A DNA stretch of 42,338 nucleotides. Source: Malassezia furfur (taxonomy: Eukaryota). The stretch lies in the NCBI GenBank assembly GCA_052055015.1, contig JBQJIT010000001.1. One strand, given 5' to 3'. The position numbers and the translations under genes were made by a program. The first letter of the stretch is position 1, and each line of letters begins with the position of its first letter. This document shows, in pieces, positions 9,256 to 20,420 of the stretch. The notes under the pieces are model-generated. The model saw only the letters and a list, made by a program, of their open reading frames with translations. It had not been told where the DNA came from and searched no databases.

Positions 9256-10629
9256 ATGTCTTTCGCACGTAACGCACTCCGTGTCTCGCGCTCCGTGCGC
9301 GGTGCCCCGGCACTGCGCACGGCCGCTGTACCGCGCTCGGCGATCCCGCGTTCTGGGCTTGGGGGCGTGCGCGCCTATAGCTCCGAGCGCTCCCGGACCT
9401 ATGCGGAGGAGTCGGGCATGTTCCTCACGGTAGCGATGGTCACGGCCGCCATGAGCTATGCGTTTATTGTCCGTGACGATTTCAAGTTCTGGCTTGCTGG
9501 TGACATGTCGGAAAACAACGAGAAGAAGACGCACCGCGGCCTCGACAAGATGAAGGACGTCAAGGTCGAGGGCATTGACAAGAAGGAAGAGGATGAGGCC
9601 CACGAGGCAGTCACTGAGGCGCTTTCCGACGAGGACGAGGAAGAGGAGAAGAAGACGGGCAAGAAGAGTGCCGCGGGAGCGGCGGGCGCGGCGGGCGCGG
9701 CGGGCGCGGCGACTCAGGCGGCCAAGCCCAGCGACGACAAGCTGCCCACGCTGGAAGACTACCAGAAGGTCTACAACCGCATCGCCGAGTCGTTGGAGAA
9801 CAACGACTTTGACGATGGTAGCTACGCCCCTGTTGTCCTGCGTCTGTCGTGGCACAGCAGCGGCACGTACGACACCAAGACCAAGACGGGTGGCAGCAAC
9901 GGCGCCACGATGCGTTTCGAGAAAGAGGCCGGCTACGAGTCCAACGCTGGCCTGCAGAATGCCCGCAAGTTCCTGGAGCCGTTCAAGGAAGAGTTCCCTT
10001 GGATCTCGTACTCGGACCTCTGGACGCTTGGCGGTGTGTGCGCGACGCAGGAGATGGGTGGTCCCGAGATCCCTTGGCGACCGGGCCGCGAGGACGAACC
10101 GGAGAGTGAGACGCATGCCGACAACCTGCCGGATGGTACCGAAGACCCCAAGCGCTTGCGTTCGCTCGGTGAGCGCCTTGGCTTCAACGACCAGGAACTG
10201 ACGGCTTTGGTCGGTGCACATGCCATGGGCCGCTGCCACACATACAACAGCGGCTACGACGGCCCCTGGACCTTCTCGCCGACCTCGTTTACCAACGCCT
10301 TTTACACCGAGCTGCTCGACACCAAGTGGTCGCCACGCAAGTGGGACGGTCCTTTCCAGTACCAGGACCCCGACAAGCAGCTGATGATGCTGCCTGCCGA
10401 CTACGCATTTTTCGAAGACCCCAAGTTTAAGGAGTACGTGAAGCGCTACGCAGAGAGCGACGACGACTGGCGCAAGGACTTTGCGTCGGTGTACTCGCGT
10501 CTCCTGGAGCTTGGTGTCCCGGAGGAGAACTTCAAGAAGGGTGCCAAGGGCCTTGGATCGGATAAGCCGATCTACTTCAAGACGCTCGCCGACCAGGAGA
10601 ACGAAAAGGAGGAAAAGAGCGACAAGTAG
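9256..10629 (+). CDS. CCP1: Mitochondrial cytochrome c peroxidase
   Basis: Distal [22 protein letters not shown], proximal [20 protein letters not shown]; bipartite leader. Confidence 0.95.
   Translation: MSFARNALRVSRSVRGAPALRTAAVPRSAIPRSGLGGVRAYSSERSRTYAEESGMFLTVAMVTAAMSYAFIVRDDFKFWLAGDMSENNEKKTHRGLDKMKDVKVEGIDKKEEDEAHEAVTEALSDEDEEEEKKTGKKSAAGAAGAAGAAGAATQAAKPSDDKLPTLEDYQKVYNRIAESLENNDFDDGSYAPVVLRLSWHSSGTYDTKTKTGGSNGATMRFEKEAGYESNAGLQNARKFLEPFKEEFPWISYSDLWTLGGVCATQEMGGPEIPWRPGREDEPESETHADNLPDGTEDPKRLRSLGERLGFNDQELTALVGAHAMGRCHTYNSGYDGPWTFSPTSFTNAFYTELLDTKWSPRKWDGPFQYQDPDKQLMMLPADYAFFEDPKFKEYVKRYAESDDDWRKDFASVYSRLLELGVPEENFKKGAKGLGSDKPIYFKTLADQENEKEEKSDK
9670..9711 (+). repeat. 9-bp GCGGCGGGC-type coding minisatellite (Ala-Ala-Gly)n in the CCP1 linker
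   Basis: gccgcggga gcggcgggc gcggcgggc gcggcgggc gcggcg. Confidence 0.8.
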
Positions 10630-10722
10630 GCTTAGTTGGTACTTTAAGCAGAAAGGTTAATAATGTGGAGGCCGGATGGAGTTGCGCCCGTGCCGCTCCA
10701 CCGCCCTTGATCGCGCGCGACC

Positions 10723-11690
10723 ATGAGTGTGGACCCGGTAACATTTGACATTCAGAGTCTGTACTATCAAAATGCATACCAAGGGTGCATTCTGCAGGCA
10801 AAGAAACAGGCTCCTAATGGTGTTGTTGATGACCTCAGCCTGATTCGCCTCGTATACGCGGCGCGCGCTGCCGTGGCCTTGAACGACTTTGCGCAGGCAC
10901 GTCAGCTTCTGGGGGACGACGCGGCATCGCCGGTCGCCATGTCGGTTCTGCTTCTTGCTGACTACCTTGAGGCTGCGCAAACCGACGCAGAGGATGCGGC
11001 CAGCATGATCGAACCGCTGGAGTCGCTTTTGGACATGACCGAACCGGGTGAGCTGGCAAGTGAAATTGTGCGGTACAACGTCGCTCTTGCCCAGTACACC
11101 GCTGGCGATGCGGCACGCGCACTTGAGACGCTGGGTGTCACAGGCTCGGGCGGATCGCGCGAGTTGGAGTGCATCGCGCTAGGAGTCCATATTCTTCTCG
11201 CGATCCATCGTTTGGATTTGGCAGAAAAGGAATACATGGCAGTGCGCCAGTGGGGCGACGATTCACTCCTCGTGCAGTTTATGGAAGCCTGGATTGGACT
11301 CGTTCGGGGTGGTCGGTCCTCGCAACAGGCATACTACGTGTTTGACGAGCTGAGCCAAAGTTCGGTGGTGGTGAATACTCCCAACATGGTCCCCACACTT
11401 GTCGGCAAAGCGGTTGCTACTGCGGCGCTCAACGACAGCGCTGGCGCGCTGGCGACAATCCGGGAGGCAGCATCACTTGATGCGCACAACCCAGCTGTAC
11501 TGGAGAACCAGGCGGCTTTTATGGCCCTGTCGCGCGATGCGTCGCAGGCGGATGTGGAAACCGAGGAACGGTACGTTATGCGCCTTTCTAACGCAGTGCA
11601 CTCGCCGAGGCAGCACCGGGCAGTACGTTGGCTTCGGAATATGCTCTGCGGCAAGCAGAGCTTGACCAAGCCATTGCGGCGTTCGCCTAA
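10723..11690 (+). CDS. SEC28: Coatomer subunit epsilon
   Basis: LECIALGVHILLAIHRLDLAEKE, DDSLLVQFMEAWIGL, QQAYYVFDEL. Intron 11571-11596 (26 nt) gives ...ELDQAIAAFA-stop. Confidence 0.9.
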
Positions 11691-11695
11691 GTAGT

Positions 11696-12686
11696 CTAGA
11701 AACGAGAGAGTTCGTGGAGCGCCAGCTCGAAAGCCAAAAAGGTTGCACCATTCGCAAAGGGTGCCTGCGTCAGCGAAAACACGTACACGAATGAGCGTCG
11801 GGACGATACCGCGGAAAAAGCCGTTTACGCCAGATGTTGCATAAACGTGCCGAACCACGTCCGACATTCCACGGAAACGACGCTCCGAGGGGACTAGCGC
11901 GTCGGTCTGCATGTACGACTTGATCACATCGATCGGATACACGGCAAGCCACAGCACCAGGCCTGCCGTTGCACCGGCCAGAAGCGGTACCGTAGGAGAA
12001 AGCTGCGAGCGGTGCTCAAGGTGCTGCTTCTTCATGGTTTGCTGGACAAGATAGTCATATGTCAAGAAGTAAATGCCCATGCCATGGCCCTCACGAATCA
12101 GAGTAGGAGAAAAGCCACGGAAAATGCCCGTAATGCAACCCTGGGCTTTGATTCTGGGTATGAGTGAGTCACGTACTGGCGAAGGCAGTCAAACGGACCC
12201 GAGTACGTCGCCGTCTGCTGCGTCTGCAGACGGATACGGACATGCTCAATGGGCCCAGCAAGAACACTGTTTGCGATTCCACCTGCCGCACCCGACAAGT
12301 ATAGCTGAGAGTGCGAAAGATGCAGGCCTTTCTTCCCATGCACAGCCGTATTCTGGTTTTGGAAGACGCGCTTAATGTACTGCACCACACCAAATTGGAC
12401 CGAGACACAGGCACCGACACCAATCAAAGGGAGCTCGGTACCTTTGTAGAAGCCTTTGACGCCCCCTTTCTTAAAAATGTCACCGATACACTCGGCAATC
12501 CCCGAGTATCGGCCAGGCGGAGCGGTCTGCACGCGTACCTTGACAATATCGAAAGGTCTGTTATATGAGCGCGAGGACAGTATAACTTACTGGCCCACCA
12601 ACACCTGGGCAATGCCACCCGAAGTGCCTAGGTCAGCAGATATACATACCCGCCAAGATATCTTTCACGCTTTCTGGGAGTGGCAT
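11696..12686 (-). CDS. Mitochondrial carrier (SLC25; YMC1/carnitine-carrier-like)
   Basis: Three Px[DE]xx[KR] signatures (QPFDIVKVR, GPIEHVRIR, YPIDVIKS). Introns 12628-12649 (22), 12558-12590 (33), 12154-12176 (23), 11765-11786 (22). Confidence 0.92.
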
Positions 12687-12770
12687 GGTCGATCCTGTTG
12701 ACCCTATTCACCGGCAAAACGTGCAAACGTGCGCAGATAACCCCACCTCCACAATCCAGATTGCTAAGCA

Positions 12771-13892
12771 CTATTGCGGCATCTGCTTGCGGAGACGCTC
12801 GATGTAGGTCACGAGTGAGGGATGCCGGTCCACGGCAAGACGGAGAGAGCTGTTGGCTCCAGGGGAGTCAGGTGGTGTCATGAGAATAGTGTGAACCGCC
12901 GCAAACAGAAGGCAGTCCAGAGAAGTTGCGCGCGAGGCACCCAACATCCATGCTTCTGGGTCGCGCTTCAAGTCCGCGTCCAGGCGCGAAGCACAGGCAT
13001 GCAGTGCATGAGTGGCCTGTTCCAGAATGGAATCTTGGTTGATCTGTAAGGACAGCGGGGGTTCAGCCAGGTCCTCGTCCTGAGCATTCTGCTGGGATGT
13101 GCCGCTGAAGACACCAACAAAGTCCACCGTATAGCCAGGCACAACGGAAAGCGGGTTGCGCTGATCCGCGAGGTAGTCAGCGCCAAATACGGCATTTACG
13201 CTTTGGTATGAAGCTCCGGCCGACGCAAGCTGCACCACGCGACCGAGCTCACGCTGCTCCAGCGTCGCTTCACCAGGCATGAGCGGCGCTAGTACGGATC
13301 GGAGGAATGGCTCCGATGTCTCCTTAGGCGCAAACACATTTGACTGTAGCGCGAGTAGCAATGCCCCCGCCGTAAGCCGTCCGTACAAGAGCGTCCGCCA
13401 TGCAATACTTTCATGTTTCACCTCTTCCGATGGCCAGATCGATTTTTCCTCAAGTTCAGGGCGCTCAAGCGGATAGTGGTTTTCGACATAGTGCGGGATT
13501 CCTGACATCTCAATCAACCCAGGCAGACGTTCGGTACCTTCGATCGATGCGCGCTGCGCCGGCGAAAGTTGCAAAAATGGGGCATTTCCCTCAGGAGCCC
13601 AATACACATCATCCAACGCGGCCACATCAAACTCGGCACCGCGGAGCAAAAGCTCCATTTGCCAACGCAAGCACACGGGATCCGCACTAGCCCATTGTCC
13701 AGGCCACTGTGTCGCAACGTAGAGCGTAGGTTTCTCCGACATCTTTTCCTGCTCCGGCCCAGCAGTTTCGGGCTGCGCACTAGGCCACTCGTGCAATGGA
13801 AAGCTTGTGAAAAGCTTCCGTATAAACTCCGGCATAGGCAATAGCGATGGACGCGATGCGGGACGCCCTTGCGTCGCAGAATTCGCACTCAT
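12771..13892 (-). CDS. SAM35: Metaxin-like SAM complex subunit (Sam35/Tob38)
   Basis: N-terminal PEFIRKLFTSFPL, ADPVCLRWQMELLLRG, WAPEGNAPFL, GST-C-like LGASRATSLDCLLFAAVHTIL. Confidence 0.7.
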   Translation of the reverse strand: MSANSATQGRPASRPSLLPMPEFIRKLFTSFPLHEWPSAQPETAGPEQEKMSEKPTLYVATQWPGQWASADPVCLRWQMELLLRGAEFDVAALDDVYWAPEGNAPFLQLSPAQRASIEGTERLPGLIEMSGIPHYVENHYPLERPELEEKSIWPSEEVKHESIAWRTLLYGRLTAGALLLALQSNVFAPKETSEPFLRSVLAPLMPGEATLEQRELGRVVQLASAGASYQSVNAVFGADYLADQRNPLSVVPGYTVDFVGVFSGTSQQNAQDEDLAEPPLSLQINQDSILEQATHALHACASRLDADLKRDPEAWMLGASRATSLDCLLFAAVHTILMTPPDSPGANSSLRLAVDRHPSLVTYIERLRKQMPQ

Positions 13893-13939
13893 CTGTGAAG
13901 TCGCGACAGCGAGGGATGTGGAGGCTGCTCGAGAACTTG

Positions 13940-15099
13940 ATGGTGCGTGGATCTATTGACGTGTAGTCCTTGCAGTACCTGGAAGAGTTTCAGCTATCGC
14001 TTGGTATGGTGGTGCACACACTGACACAGGCTCGGAAGTTTCCGTGTGGCAGGTGCAATGGCTCCAAAGGGGCATTATTGCCGGCCTTTCTACCGGACAA
14101 CTGGCTGTGATGTTCGTGCACTACTAACATGCAGCGACCCCGAAAAAGGTACACAACAGCCTAGCGAGAGCAATTCGCCTCATGAACTAGGCATTGTCTC
14201 GCTTTCTTCCAGCCATGATGGAAAGAAGCTTATTAGCTGCAGTATCGATGGGCAAGTCGCACTATGGAAGTGGGACGAAGCGACGCTCGTGCTCCAAAAA
14301 GCATGCAAACTAAACCAGGTCCCGATTGAGGGACAGGCCTACGGCGTGCAAGCATGGGCAACTGCGCTCCACCCATCTGGTAAAACGTTTGTGGCCGCAG
14401 GCGAAGGTCTGGATGTCGTGCTGTTCTCTGCAGAACCAGAATCATTCGGACAATGTATCGCTCGTTTTCCTGTGACGGAAAAAGAACACGAGGTGTTTGC
14501 GTTGACGGCGGCTTTTGTACGTCATTTCGCTGACTCAGAACCATGATGGTTCGCTTCTTGCTGTGGGCACAAATCATGGTTTCGTGCTTCTTTTCGACGT
14601 TGAGACACGCACCCAGCTCGCCATTATCACCGACCATGCGCAACCCGTGCGTGCCCTTTACTTTGGTTCGCCGAGCTCGAGTTTTGGCGACAACTTGTTC
14701 GTCGGCTCCGATGATCGAACGACGACCATCCATGATCTCCAGGGTGTGAGCCCCTCCCGTGCGCCCAGCACCATTACGGCGCTCCAAGGACACCAAGGCT
14801 GGGTGCTTGGCATCCAGCCCAGCGGAGACGGTCGGATTGTCGCGACGTGTGGGTCGGATGGCGTTGTGCAACTATGGGACCTCGGCGCCTCTCCTGTGAC
14901 CACCGTCGCTACGTTTACACAGCCCACGGCAGTTTGGAGCCTGTCGTGGAAACCGCAAGAAGCCAAAACCTCGGAGCAAGAGGCGGTGTCGACGCAATTG
15001 CTGGTGCCTGGCTCCGATTTTGTGACGGGTGGGGACGACGGTATGGTCCGTCGCTATCGGAACGCTGGCACGACAAATACAGCACAAGTAGACGTTTAG
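13940..15099 (+). CDS. SKI8: WD40 repeat protein, Ski8/WDR61-like
   Basis: HELGIVSL, DHAQPVRAL, GHQGWVLGI...DGVVQLWD. Introns 13943-13966 (24), 14004-14029 (26), 14112-14134 (23), 14517-14538 (22). Confidence 0.78.
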
Positions 15100-15103
15100 A
15101 TGT

Positions 15104-15365
15104 TTAATTGCCTTCGCGCTTCCTCCGCGTATATTCCTGTTTGCACCGGCGGCTGGATGAGAGGTAACACATACTAGATGAAGAATTCGTTGTGGCACTT
15201 GGACTTGTCGTGCGCATTAACTTCCAGGCACTTCATAGACTGCATAGCGGCACGTTTGCATGGGTCCGTATACTTGGTGTAGTGCCCAGCTTCAGCCCCC
15301 ATATCAGGGTTCTGCGCATCGAGGTCGAGGCCCTCCAGCGTTCCGGTCGTGCGCGCTTTCGGCAT
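15104..15365 (-). CDS. COX23: Twin CX9C intermembrane-space protein Cox23
   Basis: DPCKRAAMQSMKCLEVNAHDKSKCHNEFFIYRRCKQEY. The fourth Cys needs the 22-nt intron at 15153-15174. Confidence 0.85.
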
Positions 15366-15439
15366 GGAGGTGGAGGGGGTTCTCCAGATTCCCGGAGATC
15401 GGGGAGGGACATTGCGGCGCGTGCTTGCCTTGATCCACA

Positions 15440-17832
15440 ATGACGGCCGGCATCCAAATTGCTATCGGTACGGCACGCGGGCATTGTACTGACCACAGAC
15501 CGTGGAGGTACTTTTACAGATTGTCTAGGCCGTATCCCTGCAAAGAACCCGGGCGAGGAGCCGCGGGATATCGTGATTAAGCTTCTTTCTCGCGACCCCT
15601 CTAATTACAAGGATGCACCCACCGAAGGGATCCGGCGGATTCTGGAAGCCGCCACGGGCCGCAGCATTCCACGCTCTGAGAAGATTGCCACGCACGATAT
15701 TGGTATGCTACGCGCTTACAACAGAATACATTCGTCTTTCCACGACCGTTGCAACCAACGCACTGCTGGAACGCACGGGCGAAAAGCACGTCCTCGTGAC
15801 CACCCAAGGCTTCCGCGACATTGTGCGGATAGGCAACCAGGCGCGCCCTGCCATCTTTGACCTGGCCATCCATAAGCCCGACGTTCTCTATTCTGAGGTT
15901 CTCGAGGTTGATGAGCGGGTAACAGTGGTAGGTTACACGTCCGATCCGAAAGCGCGCGAACATGCGGTGCAATTTGTGTCGACGGTTCGTGATGCCCCTA
16001 TCAAGAAGGAATACTCGGGCACGGACCTACCGCCCAGCGCGGGCGCTGCCGGTGCCCCCTACGTGGCGCCCGACATTGTCCAGGGGATTTCTGGGGAAGC
16101 TGTCGCCGTCTTGAAACGCCCCAATCTGGAGCGCGTGCGGAAGGACCTGAAGAAACTGTACGATGACGGTTTCCGAAGCCTTGCCATTGTGTTCATGTAC
16201 AGCTACACGTTCCCAGAGCACGAGCAGGCTGTGAAAAAGTTAGCACAAGAAATTGGCTTCCCCAGCATCAGCTGCAGCGCCGAACTCATGCCCATGATCA
16301 AGATGGTTCCCCGCGCGACCTCGACTACGGCCGATGCATACTTGACACCCGTGCTGCAATCCTATATTAACGGCTTCTTTGCGGGATTCGATGCGTCGCT
16401 GCGCGATGGCACCGCCGGAACCCGGGTCGAATTCATGATGTCGGACGGTGGACTTACGTCAGTGGAGCACTTCAGTGGGCTCAAGTCCATCATCAGTGGG
16501 CCTGCCGGCGGTGTCGTTGGCATGGCGCTCACCTCGTACGACAAAGACGATGGGCGCCCCTGCATCGGCTTTGATATGGGGGGCACCAGCACGGATGTGT
16601 CGCGTTTTGCCGGCCGCTACGAGCAAGTGATGGAAACCACCATCGATGGCGTCACAATCCAGAGTCCGCAACTCGATGTCAACACGGTTGCTTCTGGCGG
16701 CTCGTCGCGTCTCTTTTTCCGGAACGGTTTGTTTGTTGTCGGTCCCGAATCAGCCTCCGCACATCCCGGACCGACGTGTTATCGCAAGGGTGGACCGCTT
16801 GCCATCACGGATGCCAATCTTGTGACCGGACGCCTGGCTGTCGAGATGTTCCCCAAGATCTTTGGTCCAAACGAAAACGAGGGACTAGACGAAGTGCAGT
16901 CGCGCAAGGCATTTGAGGACCTCACGCGCAAAATCAACCAAGAGACGGGGCGTGACATGAGTGTTGACGAGGTGGCACAAGGGTTTATCCGTGTAGCGAA
17001 CGAGGCCATGTGCCGGCCGATCCGCTCACTGACTCAGGCGCGCGGCTACTCGACCTCGAAGCATGTGCTGTCTAGTTTCGGGGGAGCTGGCGGCCAACAT
17101 GCATGCTCTATTGCGCGGTCGCTTGGGATCTCTACCGTGGTGGTCCACAAATACTCTTCGATTCTTTCCGCCTACGGTATGGCCTTGGCAGACCGTGTCT
17201 TTGAGGCGCAGCAGCCGTGCAATGAAGCATGGGAGCACACCACTTCGCCGGATCTTTCCAACGCACACGGCCGCATCCAGTCGCGCGTTGAAGAGCTCGA
17301 GAAAAAGGTCGTCCAGGAGCTCGAGCGCCAGGGCTTTGCCAAGGACCGCATTCACACCGAAGTGTTTTTGCACATGCGCTACGACGGGACGGACACTTCG
17401 CTAATGACGCTCAAGCCCGCCGACTCTTGGGATATGGAGAAGGTCTTCGTGAATGCATACCGCCAGGAATTTGGCTTTGTGCTCGACAATCGACAGATCA
17501 TTGTTGATGACGTCCGTGTCAAAGCGGTGGGTCGCTCGTTCGACTCGCTCGGTCCTTCCGTGCTTGGAGAGCATGCAGAACAGATCAAGAAGCAGGGAGA
17601 TCACGCCTTTACCAAGGCCAAAGTTCTCGATACTGCACCGCGTCGCGACGTTTACTTTGACAACTTGGGTCGCGTGCCGACTGCAATTGTGCGTCTGCAG
17701 GATTTGGAGCGCTTTGAGAAGGTCGATGGCCCTGCGATCCTCATTGATGAAACCCAGACGATCCTGGTGGAACCGGACTGCGAAGCACGTATGCTGAGCC
17801 AAGCGGTTCTCCTCGACATTCACTACAAGTAA
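15440..17832 (+). CDS. OXP1: 5-oxoprolinase, N-terminal (hydantoinase A / ATPase) half only
   Basis: [55 protein letters not shown]. Introns 15468-15498 (31) and 15703-15724 (22). Stops at LLDIHYK with no hydantoinase B half. Confidence 0.88.
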
Positions 17833-17913
17833 GCAAAGTTACGTAGGCATCCCCAATGGACCTCCCCAGCGTTCCGGTGCACAGGCCAAGTGGAGTGGGG
17901 TTCCCTCCGAATT

Positions 17914-18435
17914 ATGATTAACTGGGACCTGGTCCAGGCGCACAAGGATGCGCTGATGCAAGACGCTATCGCGGCGAAGGACTTGTCGTACTCCCCGTAT
18001 AGCAGCTACCGTGTGGGCGCTGCACTCCTGCTTGACGACGGGACGCATGTCCAGGGCGCGAATGTGGAGAATGCGTCGTACGGTACGTGGCGAGCTTATC
18101 CAGGATGTGCCATTTGCGCAGAGCGCACAGCAATTGTCAAAATGAAAACAACCCCCGAGCTGCGTACTCACAAGATCCATGCAGTTGCCGTCTCATCGGA
18201 TGGGAGTGAGCCGTGCTCGCCGTGTGGTGTGTGTCGGCAGGTGCTCCGCGAATTTTGTGTGGGGCACACCGTGTTTTTCATGCCGAATCAGCGGTGGAAG
18301 CCGCAAGGATACCAGGGCAAAGCAATGTCGCTTGCAGACCTGCAAGAAGACAACGTACTGGTCCTCGACATGGAAGCGTTGCTTCCCGTGAGCTTTGGGC
18401 CCTCGATGTTGGGCCAAGAAGACTTTTCTACATAG
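17914..18435 (+). CDS. CDD1: Cytidine deaminase
   Basis: SYSPYSSYRVGAALL, NVENASYG-CAICAER after removing the 21-nt intron 18083-18103, SPCGVCRQ zinc motif. Confidence 0.93.
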   Translation: MINWDLVQAHKDALMQDAIAAKDLSYSPYSSYRVGAALLLDDGTHVQGANVENASYGTWRAYPGCAICAERTAIVKMKTTPELRTHKIHAVAVSSDGSEPCSPCGVCRQVLREFCVGHTVFFMPNQRWKPQGYQGKAMSLADLQEDNVLVLDMEALLPVSFGPSMLGQEDFST

Positions 18436-18499
18436 GATGAGCTGCTACGAACTGCAATCGATCGCAGTTGTGCATGACGTGAGAATGTTTCGCTGCACA

Positions 18500-18912
18500 T
18501 CACTCGCCAGTGAGATAGTAGTGCAGACGGCGCATCGCCAGCTGAGTGTACGCCGGGAAGTGGAAGATGGCCAAGCCAATGCCAGAGATGAGCAATGCGT
18601 AGATCAACACTGGGTCAGTGTTACCCGCCACGTACACAAGAAGAACTGCTCCATGGGTTCCATCAGGTGGAATCCAATGATCCCCGAAATGCCCATGCCA
18701 ACGCGCCAGAGCGCGTTCACGAATGGCGTGAACAGGGTCGGCTCGTATTCCTTGGGTCGCTTCGGGGGACGCAACACAATAAAGTCCTCCTCCTCGTGAC
18801 CACGCTTGGTCTGGATGTGCGCCGGGAAAGGCTGCACTACCCCGTCGACCTCGCGCGCGTGCCGATGACGCAGCACCGAGTCCCGGTTGACGTTCGCCCC
18901 CGTACTCGACAT
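18500..18912 (-). CDS. Serine palmitoyltransferase small-subunit-like membrane protein
   Basis: FHLMEPMEQFFLLLIYALL...FPAYTQLAMRRLHYYLTGE after the 26-nt intron 18610-18635; resembles the ssSPT 'LEPWE...RxxYY' pattern. Confidence 0.65.
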
Positions 18913-18943
18913 CGGCGGAGGTGGTTCGGCAAGGACAGGAAGG

Positions 18944-18951
18944 CACGTGAC
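18944..18951. promoter_or_regulatory. CACGTGAC E-box in a 70-nt divergent promoter
   Basis: Between the ATGs at 18912 (-) and 18983 (+). Confidence 0.55.
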
Positions 18952-18982
18952 ACCACTTCTTCGTCCTTCTCGTCCCACCGCT

Positions 18983-20293
18983 ATGGCGTCTCGCGCCGGT
19001 ACGAACCGCCGCGTGCTGCGGTCGCTCGACCATCTATGGATGGGCACAAACGAGAAGTTCGCGCGTAAGCTGCGGCCATCCTATATGCAGTCGCAGCCGC
19101 CGTTCGTGCATCCAAAGGACCGTATTGCGTTCTGGAATATTGTGCCTGGGGATGTGGTCAAGCTGCGGAGCGGTGCCGTGGGTCATGACGAACAGGACCG
19201 GCAAATCCGCGGTGAGGGTATCGTGACCTCCGTGGATCGTACCAACAACCGCATTTGGCTGCGTGACCTGAACGATGAAAACAAGCGCGCGCCCAAGAAT
19301 ATCAAACACGTCATTCCCCGACTGGTCGACCCCGAGGCTGGGCCGGAGAAGGGCTTCTCACCCAACGTGCAGTCGGTGCCACGGCCGGTACACTACTCGA
19401 AAGTGATGCTGAAGGTGCCTAACACGGATATGTACGCGTCGCGCATCGAGCGCTCCAAGCCGTTCTTCGATAAGCGCAAGAACATGTTCTGCTGGAAGCG
19501 CTTTGCGGTCGTCAAGGCGACCACCGAGGAGGCCATCCGTGCCGGCCGCGCCATGGAGCGCATCGAGGTGCCTTGGCCCAAGATGCCTGAGCGCCGGCGT
19601 CCGTTTAACGAGACGCATGCCGACGGCCAGGTCGTCCAGGAGGAGACTTTCGTGCCGTGGGTGCCCGAGGACCCCGTGCTGCTGCCCATGACCAAGCCGC
19701 GCACCACGCCGGCGAATGAGGCGATTGCGGCTGAGCGTCGGGCGCATTGGGAGGCGCAGCTCGAAAAGAAGCGCACTGCACACAACGTCTCGGACGCGGC
19801 GCCAGCAGGCGCGAAGACGTATGCGGGTTTTGACTTCAAAGAGTCCATCCGCCCACCACCCATTGCGCAGGCGCCGAGCGTGTCCGAGATGGTGCGAGCC
19901 GAGGAAGAGCGTCTGGCCGATTTTGTCCGGGATGATGCGGTGCAGACGCACCTCGCGAACGGCGGCCAGGTATTTGCGGCGAGCGACTACTTGGATATAG
20001 CGCCGCGTGTGGGCCCAGCGGCCGGCGGCAACTGGGCGGCGCTGAGCACCACCGCGACAGGCTACGAGCGTGATGCAGCTGGGCGCCTCGCGTATGCGCC
20101 AAGCAAGCGCGAGGTTGATGCGATGCCGATCGAGCTCCTGATGACCAAGGACCTCGCCAACGAGCAGGGCCGCAAATGGCGCATGCGCCGGTGGAAGGAG
20201 CGGCAGCAGGCGCGCGCAGCCGAGCAGGCAGCGGAGGAGGCGGATCGCGAGGACCTCTTGCGCGAACTGGCCGTGCTGCGCGTGTCGAAGTAG
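18983..20293 (+). CDS. MRPL40: Mitochondrial ribosomal protein uL24m (KOW)
   Basis: HPKDRIAFWNIVPGDVVKLRSG...GIVTSVDRTNNRIW, PVHYSKVML. Confidence 0.75.
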   Translation: MASRAGTNRRVLRSLDHLWMGTNEKFARKLRPSYMQSQPPFVHPKDRIAFWNIVPGDVVKLRSGAVGHDEQDRQIRGEGIVTSVDRTNNRIWLRDLNDENKRAPKNIKHVIPRLVDPEAGPEKGFSPNVQSVPRPVHYSKVMLKVPNTDMYASRIERSKPFFDKRKNMFCWKRFAVVKATTEEAIRAGRAMERIEVPWPKMPERRRPFNETHADGQVVQEETFVPWVPEDPVLLPMTKPRTTPANEAIAAERRAHWEAQLEKKRTAHNVSDAAPAGAKTYAGFDFKESIRPPPIAQAPSVSEMVRAEEERLADFVRDDAVQTHLANGGQVFAASDYLDIAPRVGPAAGGNWAALSTTATGYERDAAGRLAYAPSKREVDAMPIELLMTKDLANEQGRKWRMRRWKERQQARAAEQAAEEADREDLLRELAVLRVSK

Positions 20294-20353
20294 ATTTTGC
20301 AGACACAACTACGAGACAAGCATCTGTCGTGCCCTGCGCGAGCGGTGTGAACT

Positions 20354-20420
20354 CAGCGTCGCATCAGAGCCGGTGCCTCTGCACAGCGTCGCATCAGAGC
20401 CGGTGCCTCTGCACGGCGTC
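20354..20420. repeat. 30-bp direct tandem duplication between convergent 3' ends
   Basis: CAGCGTCGCATCAGAGCCGGTGCCTCTGCA twice (20354-20383, 20384-20413) plus a partial third copy. Confidence 0.9.

Noticed and set aside
20354..20420. 30-bp repeats as a possible CRISPR array
   Set aside because: The copies are directly adjacent with no spacers, there are no cas genes, and the context is eukaryotic.
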